Below, piece after piece: positions 10,466-22,099 of a DNA stretch of 64,000 nucleotides. Under the pieces are notes generated by a model, which searched no databases, was not told where the DNA came from, and worked only from the letters and a program-made list of their open reading frames with translations. A program made the position numbers and the translations under genes. The first letter of the stretch is position 1, and every line of letters begins with the position of its first letter. The stretch is from Amoebophrya sp. A120 (Eukaryota > Protista > Dinoflagellata): positions 1,512,392 through 1,576,391 of the forward strand of contig CAJINV010000013.1 in NCBI GenBank assembly GCA_905178155.1, given 5' to 3'.

Positions 10466-12717
10466 GATTTTGAGCTGTTTCTAGCTACTGGCACCGGATA
10501 CGTTAACGTTTTTCTTCGGTTCTTCGTATTTGATACCATCATGCACCTACAGATTTTCGCATTACTGATGCCATACTTAGTTTTCCATCAGTGGAGTAGT
10601 ACAGTTTAGCTACTTAGTTACAACTCACACAACATTGGGATCAACGTAGCGCCGTCGCCCTCACACGACTGCCCACACTCGAGCACAATCAGGGTAGTGG
10701 TTGTCTTTGTAAGTACTATCAATTCGTGATTTATAAACGACTGCGACACCATTCAGCTAGACTCTGCTCTCCATTTACATCACTCAAACTACTCTTCCCT
10801 GGGCCTCGCCGCTCGTCACTCGAACGATATATGAACATGATGAACACACACCACATACACGGAAAGTCAGCGAGCAGCTTCAGGTGTGTACAGCGATGCC
10901 TTCATGCGCCGATGGCGTTCGCCACCGCGCTGCCGCTATCACGTCAGCGATACCTACGAGAGGACACAAAGCGCGTTCTGCGCAGGCCGACCCCATACTG
11001 CGGCAAGATGGGTCCACAAGATTGCCGACACTGCGAACAACGGCTAAGACTGAAGGAGGCGTTTGTATGGCAGCGCCGAAAGCGAGCGCGCCAAGCCAAA
11101 AATCAGACCGCCCTGCGCGCCACCGAATGCGCGGAGGGGCGCAGGGCCGCTTGCGGGCCTCCATCCAAACTCAACTATACCCGCGCCCGGTCTTTCTATC
11201 TGCACCACTGGCACAAGCGGCCGGCACCTGCGGAGGCCCATACGCCACGGCGCCAAAGGCCACAATGGGGGCACGCCGAGGCCCGCCTAGCCCGGCACTG
11301 GGGCGAGCGGCACCGCCCCCACACGCGGAGCCCTTCGACGCCGCGCGGGCTACCAAGGGGCGGGGGCGGCGGGCGCGGCGCCGTTAGCTTTCGGCCCCCC
11401 CCCACACAGTACTGGCCACCCGGCTGGGTGGCTCCGAAGACAGTGACGAACGTGGCACAGTCGTGCACCAATTCGGCCCGCCGGCGTTCCACTGGCCCCG
11501 CCCCTCGCGAACCTCGGGCGCTTTTCCCTCCCCTAAGACCACAACGATGGCGGCACTGCTTCCACCCTCGTACGCATCCACCGCGCGCAGGGTGTTCGCG
11601 CCGGGTGGGCGAGGGGGGGCGGGGGCCACCCGCCCCGGCGGAGGGCGGGGGCGCCAGCGGGGGCGCGGCCAGTGCGGGCGCGGCCGGGCGCTTTGCTTCA
11701 TTCCATCCGATTCGGCCGCGCCTGCCGGGGCCCCCGCCTTGGCGGCTTCGCGAGCTAGCCGCAACAGGAACGCCGGCGGTAGCGCAGGCCTGGATCATGA
11801 TGCCAACGCGCCGCCCGCCCCGCTGCGCCCGCGGGCGCACTTCGCTGCAACTCTTGCCCATTCGCGCACGTCCGTGTTTCCACTTTGCGGCCTGTTCCTC
11901 GACAAACTTCCGCGCGAGCACCCACTCCGCAGCCACGTAATCTGTCTGCGTTAGTGCTTACAGGTTCAAGGTTCAAGTGTCGCCCTCCGGGCTCTGATCG
12001 CGCCCCGCGCGCGCGCCCTCCCTGCGCACCGGCCCGGGGGCGCGGCAAGGCCGACAAGACGCCCCGACGCGCGCCCCGGGCCTCGCCGAATACGCAGCGC
12101 ACCGCTGGAGTGCGCTCGGGGGCACAATTCCCAGGGCTGCAACCCGTGGTGGAGTTGTGTAGTTGAATGGGTAGACTTCACATCCAAAGCGGGCTCCGCC
12201 ATCTTGCTCCTCGATTAGAGCCAGACAATCGTCAGAACATTTGAGATCCTCTTGAAACAGCCGAGCGAACACACGGATTAAACAATTCGAGTGCGGTACT
12301 TCGGCGTACCACGGCACAAGACGGATGCTCAGGTTATGTGCCGTAATTGCAATTCATTGCACCTCACGGGGACACCGTGATTTACTACAATTTGAGTCGA
12401 ATTTCGATTTCCGGAACTTATGCGGCAGTGAAAAATTATAGCTGAGCGTCTGCATACCGCAGGGATGCGCACAGAACTTTGTAGTAGCTCAAAAACCACA
12501 AAAATGATTTACTTAGCATTGACTGGGTGCGCTTCTACTCGTTTTTGTTCTTGTAGACAAACGGCACAAATACCTCACGGAACAGGGGTGGGTAGAAAAT
12601 TACAGTGCAGTAAGCACATACAAGCCTCTGGAGCTTCACGATACCGTGCTCCTAAAGAATTTTGGTTTTGCTACGAACAAGTGGATGCGAATTCATAGAA
12701 ATAGATCCTGAAAATAC

Positions 12718-15700
12718 TTAAATCCTCCTGAGATCCTCGAAGACCCCGTTCAGGCTTTTAAGCAAAATCGGCTCCGCGTTCTCACTGGACAGCATGACCG
12801 CCCGGGTCATGCGCATCTTCTGGATCACGGACTTCTCCTTCTGCCGCAGCGTTGAAGCCGTGGCGTTCGTGGCACTCATTCTCGCCGACGGTTTATTTCT
12901 CTGCGACGCGGAGCCTCTCGCCTTTGTTTGACTGTCGTCGCCACCAGACGTGTCCTTCACGAAGTAGTCGCTGAGAAAAGTTGCGTTCACACTGGGCCAC
13001 TGCACGAAAATGTTCTGGTCGCGAGATTTCAGAAACATCTTCTCTTCTTCGGTAAGAGATTTCATCTTCGCAGCGGTAGAAGGAGCGCCAGGAGCTGCAT
13101 CTTTGGGAGTAGGTGCAGTTGCTTGCGCAGCACCAGCAATGGGACGCTTCGGTTCCTCGGCTCCTGCGTCCCTTGTCAACGGCACAACAGGCGCAGTTTC
13201 TCCCTCGACCTTTCGTCGCTGGTGACCACTAGTACTTCCCGCTTGTTGACCAAGAAGAGCTCCCATACCGCCGCCACCCTTCCTCCCTCTCATTGTCTCC
13301 CCGTTTCGGAAGGGGCTCAACCCGCGGTTTTTCGGGGGCAGACTGGTAGTGCCGTAGCGTCCTCCCCGGTTCGCCATGGCGGACTCCTCGTGCGTGGTCC
13401 ACAGCCACTGGGACTTTCTCCCACTCAGCACCGTACATTCCAAGTCCAAAAACCCCGGAAAGGGGCGCTTCGTCCCGAACCTCTCTGCGAACCGCCAGTC
13501 CGCGGCCGACCACAGCACGTGGACGCGCTCCGGATCGTAAGTGTTTAATACTTGGTTCTCGTCTTCTTGCTGCTGGTTTGGAATTACTGAGGAGGAAATC
13601 CGCGTGCCGTCCATCGAGAAATCGTAATCTTCGACCTGCGATAAGTAAAACCCGGGGGAAAGCTTTTTCGAGCGGTACAGAATGCCACCAGTTTGCTCCT
13701 CGTCCTGGTAGTTGTTCTCGCTGTCTTCAGAGTCGTTGTATCCTGTATTTTTTCCTCTTGACCCTTGGTTCACCCTGGTAACCGGCACAAACTTCTTCGT
13801 CATGGCATTCCTCTGCATTTCGAAGTTTTCCGAGTTCAGCTGGAAGGTCTTGGTGTTGTTTGCGTTGCTGCTATAATCAACGCCGGCGATGTTGATGTTC
13901 TCAGAACCAACGACCTGCTGGGATGATTTTTGGATGGCTTTGCTGGTCGTCGCTGTTGTTCCCTCGAGCAATTCCTGTAGCTGACCTTGCATGGCGAGCT
14001 CGCTATTCACTGCAGCATTCAGCAAGTCCGTCAATGCGTCGTCCAACATGGGAACGCCCGATGTGGTCGCCTGTTTGGAACTCGACTTGGAGCTTACACC
14101 AGATGGCTGGCCCAATTGAACCGCGGTCGGCTCGGGGTAATAGAAACGAAGAAGCTTTTGCTGTTGCCGCTGCTCCACTGGTGATCCAGCAGGACGAGCG
14201 TTGTTGGCCATCTTTTCTGCCGCGGAACGCTGCTCGTCCAAAGATTCTGCTGTTCGCTCCGCAACACCAGGAGTGCGACTTTTCGCAACTTTCGTTCTGC
14301 GCTCCTTGACCGCCCTCTTTACCTTCATTGCAGAGTCCAGCTGCGCCGTTCTACTTGCACTAATAGGGTTTTTCGCGGCCGCAGTAGCGCCTTTCCCCGT
14401 CTTATGTAGTACCTTTGTTCCCTGTTTTCCTGACAGCAACAAGGCAGCCCCGTTTTTCCGACTTGCCTTTGGGTGCGGAACTGGGGGCTGGTCTTCGGTT
14501 CCTGATATGGAAGACCGACTTCTGGAAATTTCGTCATCTCTTAAGCTGGTTCTAATGCGGCGACGTGAGCAGGAGCTCCGCTTTCGACGATTACTACTAC
14601 TTGCCGGTCGATTTTGAACATTTCTTGCAGCTTTTCTAGCACGACCGCTATGTCGCTCATCTGAGGCGTTTTTGCTTGTCGCTCTACCAAAGCCCGCACC
14701 CGCTGGAGCCCTGCGCGATCGCGGCCGAAACTCGCGCTCTCCTTGACAGTCTGCTGTCTGGGAACTCTGGCGTCGCCTACTAGTAGGAATGTTCTTGCCA
14801 CGAACTACTACAGGACCACCTTCTGCTCCATGCAGTCGGTCCTCCTGATAAAACGCGAACTGCAACTTTTCTTCATTTCCGGAAGTTGTATTTGTGTTGC
14901 TGTTCTTGTTGGCACCAGTGCGAAGAATTCTACTTCTCTCCTCGTCCCTACCGCCAATCTGATGATCCGGGACGTCCTGCAAGGAAAACATCTTGCCGTC
15001 CTTCGAGAAGGCCTCATCGTGGACCACCACCGGGTGCTCGAAGTTCACCACCACGTGCTGTCCGGATTTCACTTTCTCGACGTCTAACTTCCATGCGTCT
15101 TCCCGTTTCTCGTTCTCCGGCTCCCAAATCCACCCGCACTCGGCAACCTGGTAGGTGGTGGACCGTTCGGGAGGCGGGGGCGGCGCTGCATGATCTTTAG
15201 TATCCGAAGAAGTAGACAGCGAAACCCGATGCGCAGGGGAGAAGCCGATGAAGCGCACCCGCGCGTGCCTCTCCAGTTGCCGTCCGCGGGAATCGGTGCA
15301 GGGCGACTTTTGCATCGCCTCCTTCAACAGTTCTTCGTCGAAAAACGCGGCGCCGCGGACGGCGGAAACAATCGTTGCAGAAGATGAAGAGCCGGCACTG
15401 TTGTTCGGGAAGAAGCTGTGCTGTTTCAACCTTTTTTCCATTTCCCGCTGAATCTGCAAAAGCTGCGCCTCCGTCCGAATTCGCGGCGCGTGCGCTTGGC
15501 GGTCCAGCGCCGACGTTGTAGTTCCCTTCTTGAAAACGTTCAACTCCCCATCCAGACTGTGGTAGTCCTGCTCCAAAAAACAGCCGAAAAAGTCCAAAAC
15601 CGACTGCGCGGCGTAGCTGCCCTCCTGTCAAATGTAAAAATGTCTGGGTCTGGAAGATTCTGAGACTTGGTTGGTTGGTTGGTTGGATAGCGCCTGTCGC

Positions 15701-16292
15701 CGGTGCAGGTCCCGCCCTCCATCGATTGCGATCCGGAGTAGCCAGAACACAAGGCCCTAGTGGCACCATGTTTTGCCTGGGCCATGATGTCTGTGATGCA
15801 TGCCCTAGCATCACAGATTTTTTGAGGGCTTCGCGATGCCTATTCCGCATGACAAATGCCCTCTCCGCGTAGCAAAAATTACACTCCCTTTGCTGCTCAT
15901 GCAATACAGATTTTTGTGGAATTCAAATTCAGCATCACAAGTTGCATTCTTCCAGACCCACACATTTTTACATTTGATACCTCCTTCCAATGAACCACTT
16001 GTTGCTCGTTTTTGAACTGCGAAACCTCGTAAACCCCGAGCATGTGGTCGAACTCCGTGTGGTAGTTGGAACTGTTCACCGTTGGGCTCGCGTGGAGAGA
16101 TACAGCTACGCGGTTCGCGTGCAGCAGGTGAAGCTGGAACGCGTAGTGCAGATCAGAAGTATCGGTAGGATGATCTTCGGTTTGGTTAAGAGATGCTGAT
16201 CCGTCTAAATTCTTGGACTGCTGCTCATGATCCAATTTCAACAGTCTGCGACTTTGGTCCTCAGGGTAATAGAAGAAACGAGGGCTGCTCAT
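12718..16292 (-). CDS. Hypothetical protein ~1071 aa, 2 exons
   Basis: ORFs 15897-16391 and 12718-15597 join in frame (VVHWKE-GSYAAQSVLDFF) after removing 15626-15979 plus one TSD; 3216 nt. Confidence 0.75.
15626..15979. mobile_element. Introner/MITE, family B (TIR TATCAAATGTAAAAATGTCTGGGTCTGGAA), carrying a ~97-bp insert
   Basis: ~30-bp TIR, TSD CCTCC; frame restored. Confidence 0.95.
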
Positions 16293-16559
16293 TTTGGTGC
16301 CCACTAACTCGGCGCTTGGACTTGTGTCCGTTGTGACCACGGGAGATGGATCCTGTATGAAGGTGGTAGTTGTAGGTGCTATTTGGATCAAGTGAATTTT
16401 ATTGCTAGATTCAACACAATCTGATTGTGTTTAATAGATTTGGATCCGGTTGTTCCTGCTGCAGTACCACTACCAATAATCTTCGTGGGCATCGCATGAA
16501 GCGGAATCAGGCGAACCTATGCCCAGCGGCAGCAAGCGGCTGCTAGTATTCCTTGTCCT

Positions 16560-19500
16560 TCACACAATAAAGGACGATGCAAATTCTATGTCAAAACAAG
16601 GCGTTATTCTTACCGCGTCCTCTCCCCGTCCAGCTTCAGCATCCTTTCCGAGGAGTTCTTCCAAAAACAAATCCAACTTCTCACAGATTTCCTTCACGCC
16701 CGGCACTCCCTGCGACTTGTCTTTGTCATGCTGAGTAGCATCGATAGAATCATCAACACTCCCGTCCTCCTCGTCATCCGTAGGCTCCTGCGATTGGTGT
16801 GCGCCGTCGAAATACTTCATCTGGTTTATCGGGTTGTTGGCAATGCTGTTCTGCAGAGAGCGCTCGTCTAATTCCTCTTGCTTCGTTTGCATCGCACCGA
16901 TGTTTTTATTGGGAAGATTCAGATCCCTCGTGCTACTCCCGGTAGACGAGATGATCTTTTTCCCATTAACGTGGTGATGCACTTCCAGATGCAGCTCATC
17001 CTCGGACGAGCTTGGAAAGGCGGCACGCTGAGAAAAATGGTTCTGGCTTTGGCAAAACTGAATCTTTCTGTTTGTGGTGCTGGTTATTTCCACGTTCTGC
17101 TTCTCCTGCTCCTTGTGTAGCATGACAGGCGGAGAGTCCAGAGCTTGTTTCGGAAAATGGTGCGCGACGTCCAAGTGGAGCTCGTCTTCGGAAGAGGAGT
17201 GCTGTACTGTCTGCTGGAGGTTTTGCTCTTGCTGTCCGCAGGTCGGTGCTAATGCAGGTGGTGCAAGAAGGTGAGAATGATCCAGATGCAGTTCGTCTTC
17301 CGAGGATGACAAGACACGGCTGGTTCGTGACGAAGTCTTCGACGCGAGTTCTGGAAGTAGATGTTGAAACGACAGGTGTTCTTTCATCTCATCCGCGCCG
17401 GCAAATACGTCTACGTCCAACTGCACGGGCTGGAGTAGGCGGAACGACGAAGGAGGTGCAACTGTATCTGTACCACCAGCGGTTGTAAAAATTTCTTGCA
17501 AGTCCACCTCTTGTTCCCGTTTCTTGACATGATCTCCTTTAGCAAGATGAACTCCTGTGCTTCTAGCAGTCGTACATGGTTCTGCAGCTTCATCATCTTC
17601 CGGTTCATTTACTAGCACTTCATCCAGCTGCGTGTTTGCCACCTCCCGTTCTGATACCATTTGTTCGCGGAAATCCTCCTCCGGCTGCACGACGGTGGAA
17701 AGACCCGTAGACGGAAAAGAGTACATCAGCTCATCGTGATACAGGTGGTCATTTAGCAGCTGCTGCTCCAGTCTCTGTTGCTGCTGTTGCTGGAGGAGGG
17801 CACGAGCGCGGTCTTCCTGCACTTCTTGTTGCTGCACTGGCTCTCGTACGCCTTGCTGCATTTGTTCCTCAGGACGATCCTGGTAAGAACTTCCCTCTGC
17901 CGCAACCGCAGCAGCACTCTGAAAGGACGAAAAAGAAAACATCAAGTGGGTCGGAGATTGTTGTTCTTGACCTTGAGCGGTCTGCTGCTCTTGCAGCCAC
18001 CGCATGAAACTACTACTGTGTTGAAGTTGATCTACTACTGCTTCATCGGGCGCTGCTGATGTTGTGAGGCGGGTCGCTTCGTGCTGTTCAACGTGTTCAT
18101 GTCCTAGCCCTACATGATGACCTGAAGTCGCACGACGAGAAAAATCCTCCTCCTCCTGATCGGACACCAACTGGTGTTCCAGTTCGTGTTCCTCCATTTT
18201 TCGGGCTTTTTTCGTAACCAGATCCACCTCTTCCTCCTCGAAGTCGTCTTCGCACGAACAGAACAGGTCGAGATGTGGAGGTAGTCGTGGCGGCCCGACA
18301 TTGTTATCAAACAACTGCTGTTGTTGATGCTGCTCTAGCTCTTCTTGTCCTACTCCCAGTCCTCCTGCATCTCTACTCCGATCTGCTCCCAGCTGCAACA
18401 GGTCATCTGCCAAAAATGCGGGCCGTTTGCTCAGAAAATAGGTGGACGCTGCACTATGGTTACCACTGCTTTGCTGGCCACTCTGACTCTGAGCCGGAAC
18501 TTCTACAGGCCGCGCTGCGTTTGTAGTTCCCCACTGGGGATTTTCCTCTTCGTAGAAGCAAATCGCGAGATGAAAGGGATTCGAATTTCCCTGAAGAAGG
18601 TGCTCCGACGTCGTGAAGAAAGGACTTTCGTCGGTGCGGCCTGTGGTTGCAACACCATGATTTATTCCGCGAGCGCGTTTCCGCTTGTTCGTGGGGCTGG
18701 ACGGAGGTGTTGCGAGATAGGTCGGGGTTGTGTAGTAAGCTTCACGACCTCCATAGTCGTGGTGTGCGAGTCCACCTGGAAGAGGCAACGACACAGGAGG
18801 TTCTTGTACTTCGCCTGCGGAGGACGAGAGGAGTCTCAAATTGTCCTCCTCCGCTCCTTCCCTCTCTACCTCCTCGTCTACCACCTCTACTGCGGCGCTG
18901 TGAACCTTCAAAAAGTCCAAGTTCAAAGGCACCGGAGCCGGACAAGCTTCCCGCGGCTTTTCGTGGTCGTAGTTGTTGTTTGTAGTTGCGACCAGGACCT
19001 CGTCACCCTCAGTTGTTGTAGTGGCGGTGGTCACTTCCTTGTCTTCTCGCACGTCGGAGCGAGAAGCAGGGTCACGCTTTGCGTAGTTATCGATATCTTG
19101 ATCTCGGGACAACGTCGAGTTCTTCTTGTCTTCTACGTCTACCGCGAAGATCACGCCTGCGGCCGAACACGGTTGTACAACCTCCTCTTCCGCCGTACTG
19201 CTTGTACAGGAACAAGAACTGGACGACCCACTAGACGCGGACGAGTTCGCCAAAGAGTTTGTCGCGGTTAGAGAGACTAGCTCCTCAGACTTGTTCGGTT
19301 TTTTCACGCTCGATCCTTGCTGCAGCAGCCCCTCGTCCGTCAAAACCGGGAGAAAATTCTCCTCTTTGATCAGGGAAAATTTTTCCAGCACAAACCAGTC
19401 GTGCTTGAAAACGACCACGTAGGAGTTGAGGAAAAAGCTGCAGGAGTGGGCCGTCGGTGATGATGTGGCGGTTGTTGTAATAGGGACAAATGCCCCGTTG

Positions 19501-19880
19501 GCGATGAGTAGCGGCAGGTCCTCCATGTAGTACGTCGGACCGTCGGGGTAGGCGGTAGGCTCCCAATTCCTCCGCCTAGAAGTTGTGATTTTTTCCTTGT
19601 ACATCTGCAGGGCGTTGACGTATCGCGTTACGAGGGGGGCGAGGGGATTTATTTTCGATACAGAAGGTGCCGTGGACGACGATGGCACCACTGGTTGCAC
19701 CACTGGAAGCTCCTGCTGCAAAGTTGCTGTGTCGTCACTGCTGCATGCCACGACTGTTCTTGGGCGCTTCTCGTTCTCGTTGCCAACTTCCGTCGCTGTG
19801 GTTTTATCGTGAAGCATATTTCTTCTCCCATCATGGTCGCTCGCGCCGGGAGCGAACCTGGAGAACAAACTTCGTATCAT
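16560..19880 (-). CDS. Hypothetical low-complexity (Q/E/S-rich) protein ~1106 aa
   Basis: Uninterrupted 3.3-kb ORF; no recognisable domain. Confidence 0.7.
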   Translation of the reverse strand: MIRSLFSRFAPGASDHDGRRNMLHDKTTATEVGNENEKRPRTVVACSSDDTATLQQELPVVQPVVPSSSTAPSVSKINPLAPLVTRYVNALQMYKEKITTSRRRNWEPTAYPDGPTYYMEDLPLLIANGAFVPITTTATSSPTAHSCSFFLNSYVVVFKHDWFVLEKFSLIKEENFLPVLTDEGLLQQGSSVKKPNKSEELVSLTATNSLANSSASSGSSSSCSCTSSTAEEEVVQPCSAAGVIFAVDVEDKKNSTLSRDQDIDNYAKRDPASRSDVREDKEVTTATTTTEGDEVLVATTNNNYDHEKPREACPAPVPLNLDFLKVHSAAVEVVDEEVEREGAEEDNLRLLSSSAGEVQEPPVSLPLPGGLAHHDYGGREAYYTTPTYLATPPSSPTNKRKRARGINHGVATTGRTDESPFFTTSEHLLQGNSNPFHLAICFYEEENPQWGTTNAARPVEVPAQSQSGQQSSGNHSAASTYFLSKRPAFLADDLLQLGADRSRDAGGLGVGQEELEQHQQQQLFDNNVGPPRLPPHLDLFCSCEDDFEEEEVDLVTKKARKMEEHELEHQLVSDQEEEDFSRRATSGHHVGLGHEHVEQHEATRLTTSAAPDEAVVDQLQHSSSFMRWLQEQQTAQGQEQQSPTHLMFSFSSFQSAAAVAAEGSSYQDRPEEQMQQGVREPVQQQEVQEDRARALLQQQQQQRLEQQLLNDHLYHDELMYSFPSTGLSTVVQPEEDFREQMVSEREVANTQLDEVLVNEPEDDEAAEPCTTARSTGVHLAKGDHVKKREQEVDLQEIFTTAGGTDTVAPPSSFRLLQPVQLDVDVFAGADEMKEHLSFQHLLPELASKTSSRTSRVLSSSEDELHLDHSHLLAPPALAPTCGQQEQNLQQTVQHSSSEDELHLDVAHHFPKQALDSPPVMLHKEQEKQNVEITSTTNRKIQFCQSQNHFSQRAAFPSSSEDELHLEVHHHVNGKKIISSTGSSTRDLNLPNKNIGAMQTKQEELDERSLQNSIANNPINQMKYFDGAHQSQEPTDDEEDGSVDDSIDATQHDKDKSQGVPGVKEICEKLDLFLEELLGKDAEAGRGEDAVRITPCFDIEFASSFIV

Positions 19881-20633
19881 TTTCCACAAACACCGACTTT
19901 GACTTTCAGAACGTACCTACTAACGTCGAGGTCGAATATTCTACTTTCATAAATTTGCGAAGCAAATCGGGAAAATCGTGCCACGGGGTGCAGCAAAAAA
20001 GGACTAGCACTTCCGGGGTTGAAGTTGTCCAGGTATCCTTGTTCGGATTCGTAAAAGCAAGAGGAATGTCGACTTCACACGACACTACACACAAAACCGA
20101 TATAGAAGACGAACGAAAAGGAAAAAGGTTCAACGAAACAAAAAAGAAGCACGATTAGGACGAAGAAGAAAGTCGAACAAGATGTTTTCTAACACGAAAC
20201 GGCAAACGAATGGGCAGTGAACGATAGACCGTTTTTACGATTGTGGACGAGGTGGACTGCGTCAGGAACTAGGTCAGTAGGCACCAACTAAACCAGCTGC
20301 CTGCGCGGGCGAGGTACGAAATCCAAAAAGCAAACTGTTACAACGATACACGAATTACATATTTACGAAACAAAACAAGGCTCGTTGGTGTACGTGTACT
20401 CTGTAATCACTACGTACAGAACATCTTCACTTGAGTGTACTTCTTGGCGTTTAGCTCTGCAATGTCGCAACAAACACCAGCGTCTGGTGTCTGCAGTCCA
20501 ATCGTCGTCGCAATTCTCGACTAAAAGTTGAGTTTTCATGCACGCTACTTGGTAGATGAGAAACGCTCCCGGGCGTCAGCCGTTCCGCTGACACGTCAAA
20601 TAATTTTGGTGCAATTATAGTTACTGGCACAAA

Positions 20634-21523
20634 TCACTTTTTCGCTACTGCCGCTGTTTGATCAGTTTCGCCTTCACGAGGGCTCACATCATCCCTATCA
20701 ACTGTAAAAATGTCTGGGTCTGGAAGAATTCATGTTTGTCATGCTTGTCTGGCATGACTCTTAAATCTGTCATGCACGTGACCCAACAGCTCCGTTTTTC
20801 TGTGATGCAGAAGAACAATTTGTCATGCAGAATAGGCAACACCTAGAAGCTCAGAAACTTGTCATGCTGAGCCAGCACTTGTGGCATGATCATGAGACGC
20901 CGCCCAGCATCACAAGTTTCCAGACCCAGACATATTTGCATTTGATAATCCCCCCGATCGAACCAGTAGACCGGAATTTCGTCGTCTTCATCATCGTTCG
21001 CCAGGTCTTCCAGTTCTTTCTCCTTGCTCCTATCGTCTTTCGAAGCAGAAGCAGTACCACCAGGCTGCACATCCGCTGTATCCTCGTCCGGGTAGAACAC
21101 GACCAGAAACCCGCTTTTCTTTACCAGCCCGTCCGTCGTGTTGTCCGGACCCACCGCTGGGCCTGCTTCAGCGCTGCAAGACGAGGAGGAAGATGACGCC
21201 GTTTGTTTCCTCGTTTTCACTTTGCTTGTCGCCGGCTTCTTATCTCCATCCTTTTGTGCTGACTTTATACTCCCCCTCGACTTCCCGCTGCTTGCCTTCT
21301 GGTCCACAATTTCCCGGCGGATACTTGGGAAAGTCTTCAGCTTTTCGTTCTTTGGCAAGAAGGAGGTTGCGGACTCTTCGAGAATCTTCGCAATTTCCTC
21401 CTCCTCGCCGGGCTCCGTCACGACCAAGGCTTTGCGGGTTGTTGCAATTTTGGACGTCGTCGAAGTATTCGTCGCGTTTGAACGCTTGCTGCTCTGAGGA
21501 CTAGCGCCCGGCGCGCCCGACAT
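20634..21523 (-). CDS. Hypothetical protein ~210 aa, 2 exons
   Basis: ATG 21523; after element removal reads YWFDRGD-DVSPREGETDQTAAVAKK* (TGA at 20634-20636); 633 nt. Confidence 0.6.
20696..20947. mobile_element. Introner/MITE, family B (252 bp)
   Basis: Family B TIRs, TSD ATCCC. Confidence 0.95.
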
Positions 21524-22099
21524 CTTTATATCTTTGAGGATAGTGATGACTTTGACTCTCAATCGCCGATCTTAAACTTGATGATGGCGCTTCAACTCCC
21601 TCCCACAAACCTACCATGTTTGTAGTTGCTGGCTCTCTTTTCCGATATACCTCCATTTGAAGTTCTGCCCCGAGAACTCGGTGCGGGTGCATTCTCTCCC
21701 CGTTTCTTGAAAACAAACTTCACCGTTTCGAGTTCGACATCGACATCGACTTCTCTCATTTGCAACATTACTATGCGTGCTCCTGCCGGTCTTTTCTATT
21801 CTCTCGTGATCGAAGCACTGCGTTCCTGTCGACGAGAAGCAACATCAAGGATAAGGAGGACCCAGCGCGGTTCCTCGCACTCGCAGAAACACTTCTTATT
21901 GATTACGAGGAAAAGGAATGATCGTGATCTTGTTCGTTGTTCATCAATTTCAGCACCGGTGGTCGTGGTGTGCAAGTCCGTGCATTGTCGCTGTACTTGG
22001 GTGAGCAACGCGCAGGTCGTGGCCTTTCCCTTGTAGCAGGCACTGCATATTAGCCATGAAAACGTCTGTATCTCATCTCGCTGTGCGGTTCGTCGCACA

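Noticed and set aside
10726-12317. 404-aa ORF or rRNA/ITS in the GC-rich island; weak inverted similarity at ~11161 and ~12170
   Set aside because: Composition explains the ORFs, no conserved rRNA motifs were recognised, and the inverted match is too weak with no TSD.
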